Below are positions 59,984-64,000 of a DNA stretch of 64,000 bases, in pieces. Every line of letters starts with the position of its first letter. The stretch's first letter is position 1. Under the pieces are notes generated by a model. That model was not told where the DNA came from and searched no databases. It saw only the letters and a program-made list of their open reading frames with translations. Where the stretch lies: NCBI GenBank assembly GCA_031362565.1, contig JANLSU010000039.1, positions 1 to 64,000 of the forward strand. Direction: 5' to 3'. Source of the stretch: a bacterium (GTDB lineage Bacteria; Krumholzibacteriota; Krumholzibacteriia; G020349025). Made by a program: the position numbers and the translations under genes.

Positions 59984-60148
59984 TCAGCAGGGAACCGCCT
60001 CCTCGATCAACATGATCGGGATGTCCTCGCGAATCGGATAGCGGAGCTTGCACCGTTCACAGCGCAGGAATTCGCCGCTCGCCTCCAGGACGACGCGGTC
60101 TTTGCATTTCGGGCAGGCCAGGATTTCGAGCAGTTCGGGCTTGAGCAT
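59984..60148 (-). CDS. Trm112/YcaR-family small protein
   Basis: MLKPELLEILACPKCK...L.C..C.L.YPIR..IPIML.EEA; GGAGG RBS. Confidence 0.92.
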   Translation of the reverse strand: MLKPELLEILACPKCKDRVVLEASGEFLRCERCKLRYPIREDIPIMLIEEAVPC

Positions 60149-60175
60149 CGACGCCTCCGGCGAGTTCGACTCTGG

Positions 60176-60205
60176 AGTATAGGAAGTGCACCCGAGCCCT
60201 GTCAA
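60176..60205 (-). promoter_or_regulatory. Near-consensus sigma70 promoter upstream of trm112-porU-porV
   Basis: Minus strand TTGACA-N18-TATACT, 27 nt upstream of the ATG. Confidence 0.75.
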
Positions 60206-60279
60206 AGCAGGCGATTGGCGCGCTGGGGGCCGCGGCGTCGCGGCTTCGCCCGCCAGGGCCGGCCACGGTATCGCTGCGA

Positions 60280-63200
60280 CTATCGCATGATGACGACTTT
60301 GCCGACGGTTTCGAGGGGCGCCACGCCAGCCCGGTCGGGGCGGGCGCGGAGGCGGTACAGGTACGTCCCGTTCGCCACCGCATCGTGCCGAAGGTCCACC
60401 CCCTCCCATCGAATGGACGCCTGGGTGCCGGCATCGAACCGCTGCCGATGGTGCCAGATCTCCCGTCCCGACGTCGTGAAGACCCGCAGTTCGACCTCCG
60501 CCGGATCGGTGATCTCGAAGAAGAAGCGCGTCCAGTCGCGGAACGGATTTGGGAACGCGAGCACGTTCACGAGCCGCACGACTTCCGCGTCGACGACTTG
60601 AAATTCGATCGTCGCGGTCGCCTGGTTTCCCAAGTTGTCGGAAGCGATCAAGGTCACCGAGTGCGCCCCGGCTTCCAAGTCGCTCGGGAGTGGCACATTC
60701 AAAGTCCCGGCACTATCGCTCCCGGCCGCGTACTGAAACAGCGACGTGACATTGAGAGACTCGTTGCGGCCGTCGAAGTCGAGAAGGATCGAATTGGGCA
60801 GCGATGTCCCTTGGATGCCGATGCCATTCTCATCGTGGATGTCGGCCGTGAGAATCGTGCCGGCCTTGACCCGCGTGCGGTTGTTCGGGAAATGCATCGC
60901 GATCCGCGGCACCCCGGTCGACGAATCGCTGGTGGCGCCAATGGCAACGTTGACGCCCGATTGGGCGCCGGTGGCATCGGCCGCGGGGCTCGACGCATAG
61001 GCGCTGATGTGCGCTTTGCGCCCCGCATGCGCGCTCTTGGGCACGATGAACTGGAACGACAGGCGGCCGTTCTGCACCGGCACCGTGCCGCGATAGAGCG
61101 GCGGACCCGGCAGATCGTAGGGAATGTAGATCTGCACGTGCGGCGGCACCTGCGGCGGCGAGAGGAGAAAGCCGCTTTCGTCCGCGGTGCCGAACACCAG
61201 GACTTCGGCAGTGCCGTCGAAGCCGCTGATGACGTCGCCCTGGCTGGTCACGACTTCGCCGGTGATCTGGGTCCGGTGCCCGGTCTCGAGCGAATCGGCG
61301 CCGGCCACGAACCGCACGAGATTCTGCGGGAAGTCGAGTGTCATCGACGGGTCGCCGATGAGGACGTAGCTCTCGGTGTTGCTGTTCGTGGTGCGCGTCT
61401 TGGCGAGTTGCTGGACCGTGCCCAGCGGGATGCGTCCTGTTGCGCCCTCCAGGAACAACTCGCGAAAGAGCGCCTGATTGAACTGCAAGTTGCTGCCCAC
61501 GAAGGTCAGCGTCGTCGCGCCGACGGTCGCAATCGCCCCGCCGGCGGGATCGGCGAACAAGTCCTCGCACATGCTCTGGCGTTCCGGATCGTCGAACTCG
61601 CTCACCGTACAACTGATGGGCAAGAAGAGCGGCGCCTTCGCACCGTTGACGAGCGACGGAATGTCGGTCGACAAGAAGAGCACTTCATCGGTCAGCTGCC
61701 GCGGCGCGCCATGCCCCTGAAAATTCAACACCGCACAGCCCTCATTCCAGGTCTTAATGAAGGCTGCCCGCGCCAGCGGCTTTTGTCCGAGGATGCTCGG
61801 ATACTCGGTCTCGTAGTACTTGACGACATGGAGATTGGCCGGCACCTGCCGCGCCAGATCCTCGGAGTTGTCGGTATGAAACGTCTCGCCACAGCCGCCG
61901 CGGGGGCTGCATTCATCGTCCGCCGCCAAGAGAACCCGCGTCCGCCAAGCGCCGAGCGGTGCCGCTTCGTAGGCGATGAGCTTGTCGACGATACGATCCG
62001 CGTCGGCCGCCGTACGCGCCGGAATGCGGCCGATGGCGAGATCCGGAATCGGGTAGGGATTCGCTCCCGGGGGGGGTGTGCCCAGTTCCCCGAGCCAATC
62101 GTCAACCGCATAGTCGGCGACCCAGCCGGCGCGGTCGATACCGTAGTACCCGCCTTGCACGGTGGGCACGAGAGTCAGCGCCGACGCACCGCGCAACTGC
62201 CGCACATCATGGGTCGCATCCCCGAACAGGGCGAGATAGCGCAGGCGCGGTGTGACGTCGAGGTTGTAGAGAAACTTGGCGTAGTTGCGAATCGCGATCG
62301 GATCGACGCGGCCGCCAGAGAAGTTGTCGTAGATATCTGCCACATCGGCGACCAGAATGTCGGGTGAACCGCCGCCTGGGAAATGCCCGCGGCGGTACTG
62401 CGCCAAGCGGTCGGCAGCGGCCCGCAGGCTCGAATGGGTGACGATGAGCATGTCGGGCGCCGTGGTGCGAGCGCGGAGCGGCACCACACTGCGAAGCGCG
62501 AGGTCACGCGCCGCCGGATGGATCGCGCCGCCGAGTGCGAGATCGCCCACCGCCACATAGTGCGCCCGCGCGTGTGCCGCACCGGTGCCGTGGACCTGCC
62601 AGGTGGTCGCGGCCCCGGTGCCCTGCGGCGCGAGACCGCTCAAGACCCGCGGCGACCAGGGGTCGGTGACATCGAAAGCCGTCGGCGCGTTGGCCCCGAA
62701 GCCCGTCAGTTCATATGCCACTCCGTCGCGTGGCGCGCGGTTCGTCCAGTCCAACACATGCGCCGCGCTGGCTGCGAGCGGCCTTGCCCACACGACATCG
62801 AATTCGAGCAAGTCGGTGATCCGTGCCGCGTTGACGCCGGTGGGAATCGACAAGTCCAGGTTGTTGACCGCCTGCAACGCGACGCCGCTGAAGGTCTGCA
62901 AATGCGCCTGCTCCGTTGCGCCAAAGCTGATACGCGGCAGCGTCACACCGTTCAACTGCGGATCGACAATTTGTTGGACACCGACCTCGTCGAATCCAAG
63001 TGCGAGCCGTAGCGCGCCGACAGCCGACGCCTGGCCTCCAAGGTCGAGTTGAAACTGTACCCGCAGCGGGCGCGTGTCGCGAATCTCTTGCCAAATCCAC
63101 AAATCATCGATGCGGGCGAAATCGAGGTCCTGCTCGACATGTGTCCGGTTCGTCACCGTCGTCACGACCGAATCACCAGGCACGGACGGCGTCACAACGC

Positions 63201-64000
63201 TGCTCATGCGCGCGCCGAACACCCCGTCGCCCCACACCAGCCACGCATATTGGTTGCGATCGAACGGATGCCGGAAGTAAGCCAGCGAATCGACCGTCGC
63301 CTCGGAATCGATTTCGTAGCCTTCCGGGCCGAGCGCATAGAAGACGACGCGGTCATTCGGATCATTGGATGTAAAACTACCGTCGCCCTCCCCCGGCACC
63401 CAGATCGCCGCTTGGCGCATCGCCGCGCTTGGCTGCCAACTGCCCGTCGAATCGGCCACCAGGGCTTGCGGCTTCCAACGGTCGAAATAGATCCGCAGCG
63501 TCCGCGGATCGAACGCCGGCTGATCGACGCCGACACCGGCGGCTTTGAGTTCCGCGTAGCTCAGTTCGTAGATGCCACGCGCGGCGATCTTGATGCGCAA
63601 ACGCTGCGCCGGCAGCGCGGCGACGCGCGGCGCGCGCGCCGCCGATGCCACGGTGGGAGCCGCGAGCGCCCAATGCGCAGCACTCGCCGCGTTGATGAGC
63701 GCTGTATGCAATGGTTCGGGTGTCGCACCAAGCGCCGCCGGCGCGACGCGGACGCGATCCGCGAAGGTGATGCGCACCCGCACGAGCGTCACCGCGCTGA
63801 CGTTGCCATCGGGCTGGATTTGCACCGGGTGAAAGGTGAGCGGCACCACGGCGCGGCCTCGCAAGTCGCCACCGGGCCCCAATTCTACGAATGCGGCCGG
63901 CCACGCCGAAGCAAACGCCCGCGCGGGCACGTCGTGCAACTCCGGCACACTGCGGCCCGCAGCCTCCGCTGCCAGCCGGTCGGCACGGCGCGCCACACCC
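60280..64000 (-). CDS. porU: PorU-like T9SS sortase, copy 2 (5' end lies beyond the window)
   Basis: Colinear with copy 1 over its whole visible length; same FQGHG, ISC and CTD motifs; intact reading frame. Confidence 0.88.
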   Translation of the reverse strand, partial: GVARRADRLAAEAAGRSVPELHDVPARAFASAWPAAFVELGPGGDLRGRAVVPLTFHPVQIQPDGNVSAVTLVRVRITFADRVRVAPAALGATPEPLHTALINAASAAHWALAAPTVASAARAPRVAALPAQRLRIKIAARGIYELSYAELKAAGVGVDQPAFDPRTLRIYFDRWKPQALVADSTGSWQPSAAMRQAAIWVPGEGDGSFTSNDPNDRVVFYALGPEGYEIDSEATVDSLAYFRHPFDRNQYAWLVWGDGVFGARMSSVVTPSVPGDSVVTTVTNRTHVEQDLDFARIDDLWIWQEIRDTRPLRVQFQLDLGGQASAVGALRLALGFDEVGVQQIVDPQLNGVTLPRISFGATEQAHLQTFSGVALQAVNNLDLSIPTGVNAARITDLLEFDVVWARPLAASAAHVLDWTNRAPRDGVAYELTGFGANAPTAFDVTDPWSPRVLSGLAPQGTGAATTWQVHGTGAAHARAHYVAVGDLALGGAIHPAARDLALRSVVPLRARTTAPDMLIVTHSSLRAAADRLAQYRRGHFPGGGSPDILVADVADIYDNFSGGRVDPIAIRNYAKFLYNLDVTPRLRYLALFGDATHDVRQLRGASALTLVPTVQGGYYGIDRAGWVADYAVDDWLGELGTPPPGANPYPIPDLAIGRIPARTAADADRIVDKLIAYEAAPLGAWRTRVLLAADDECSPRGGCGETFHTDNSEDLARQVPANLHVVKYYETEYPSILGQKPLARAAFIKTWNEGCAVLNFQGHGAPRQLTDEVLFLSTDIPSLVNGAKAPLFLPISCTVSEFDDPERQSMCEDLFADPAGGAIATVGATTLTFVGSNLQFNQALFRELFLEGATGRIPLGTVQQLAKTRTTNSNTESYVLIGDPSMTLDFPQNLVRFVAGADSLETGHRTQITGEVVTSQGDVISGFDGTAEVLVFGTADESGFLLSPPQVPPHVQIYIPYDLPGPPLYRGTVPVQNGRLSFQFIVPKSAHAGRKAHISAYASSPAADATGAQSGVNVAIGATSDSSTGVPRIAMHFPNNRTRVKAGTILTADIHDENGIGIQGTSLPNSILLDFDGRNESLNVTSLFQYAAGSDSAGTLNVPLPSDLEAGAHSVTLIASDNLGNQATATIEFQVVDAEVVRLVNVLAFPNPFRDWTRFFFEITDPAEVELRVFTTSGREIWHHRQRFDAGTQASIRWEGVDLRHDAVANGTYLYRLRARPDRAGVAPLETVGKVVIMR

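Larger units (their letters stand above)
55836..64000. repeat. Direct repeat: 55836-59544 is similar to 60280-64000 (porU duplication)
   Basis: Offset is 4444 nt at the stop codons and 4456 nt beyond a 12-nt in-frame indel; high nucleotide identity with many third-position changes. Confidence 0.95.

Noticed and set aside
55683..62367. Long antisense ORFs (55683-58397, 60385-62367; likewise 17020-18768, 22516-24390, 24883-26964)
   Set aside because: Shadow frames of real genes caused by high-GC codon bias; no recognisable domains.

Overview
High-GC bacterial chromosomal DNA, mostly encoded on the minus strand. The gene content (PorU/PorV and T9SS-type C-terminal sorting domains alongside a Myxococcus-like type IVa pilus cluster) suggests a non-Bacteroidetes diderm of the FCB superphylum; this is an inference, not something shown by the sequence. 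Left to right the window holds: the 3' tail of an IS110-family transposase; an MFS transporter and moaB; a GT-C/TPR membrane protein; a DUF4446 protein; a CCA-adding enzyme followed by tRNA-Val(GAC); a coupled NTT/TLC-HEAT transporter and dual cNMP-binding protein; thrS; a T4aP cluster (pilB-pilT-pilC-pilS-pilR-two pilins-ABC ATPase-permease-PilG-like-pilD) with sigma54 promoters; comEA; a TonB-plug receptor and a solitary ECF S-component; a PHP hydrolase; an SgmX-like TPR protein; hutI/hutU/hutH interrupted by a receiver-like/DUF3052 gene; a GNAT, DinG, ligA, an esterase and YcaQ. The last 20 kb is a co-oriented envelope/secretion operon: porU, trm112, a second porU, porV, an M6 metalloprotease with a CTD, two paralogous DUF5683-like proteins, an NHL protein, a large beta-barrel with a SprA-like motif, and an Omp85. 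The best candidate for an undescribed system is this T9SS-like module, which shows no PorKLMN motor in the window and has tandem, diverging PorU sortases. Family assignments come from motif recognition by eye; no searches were run.
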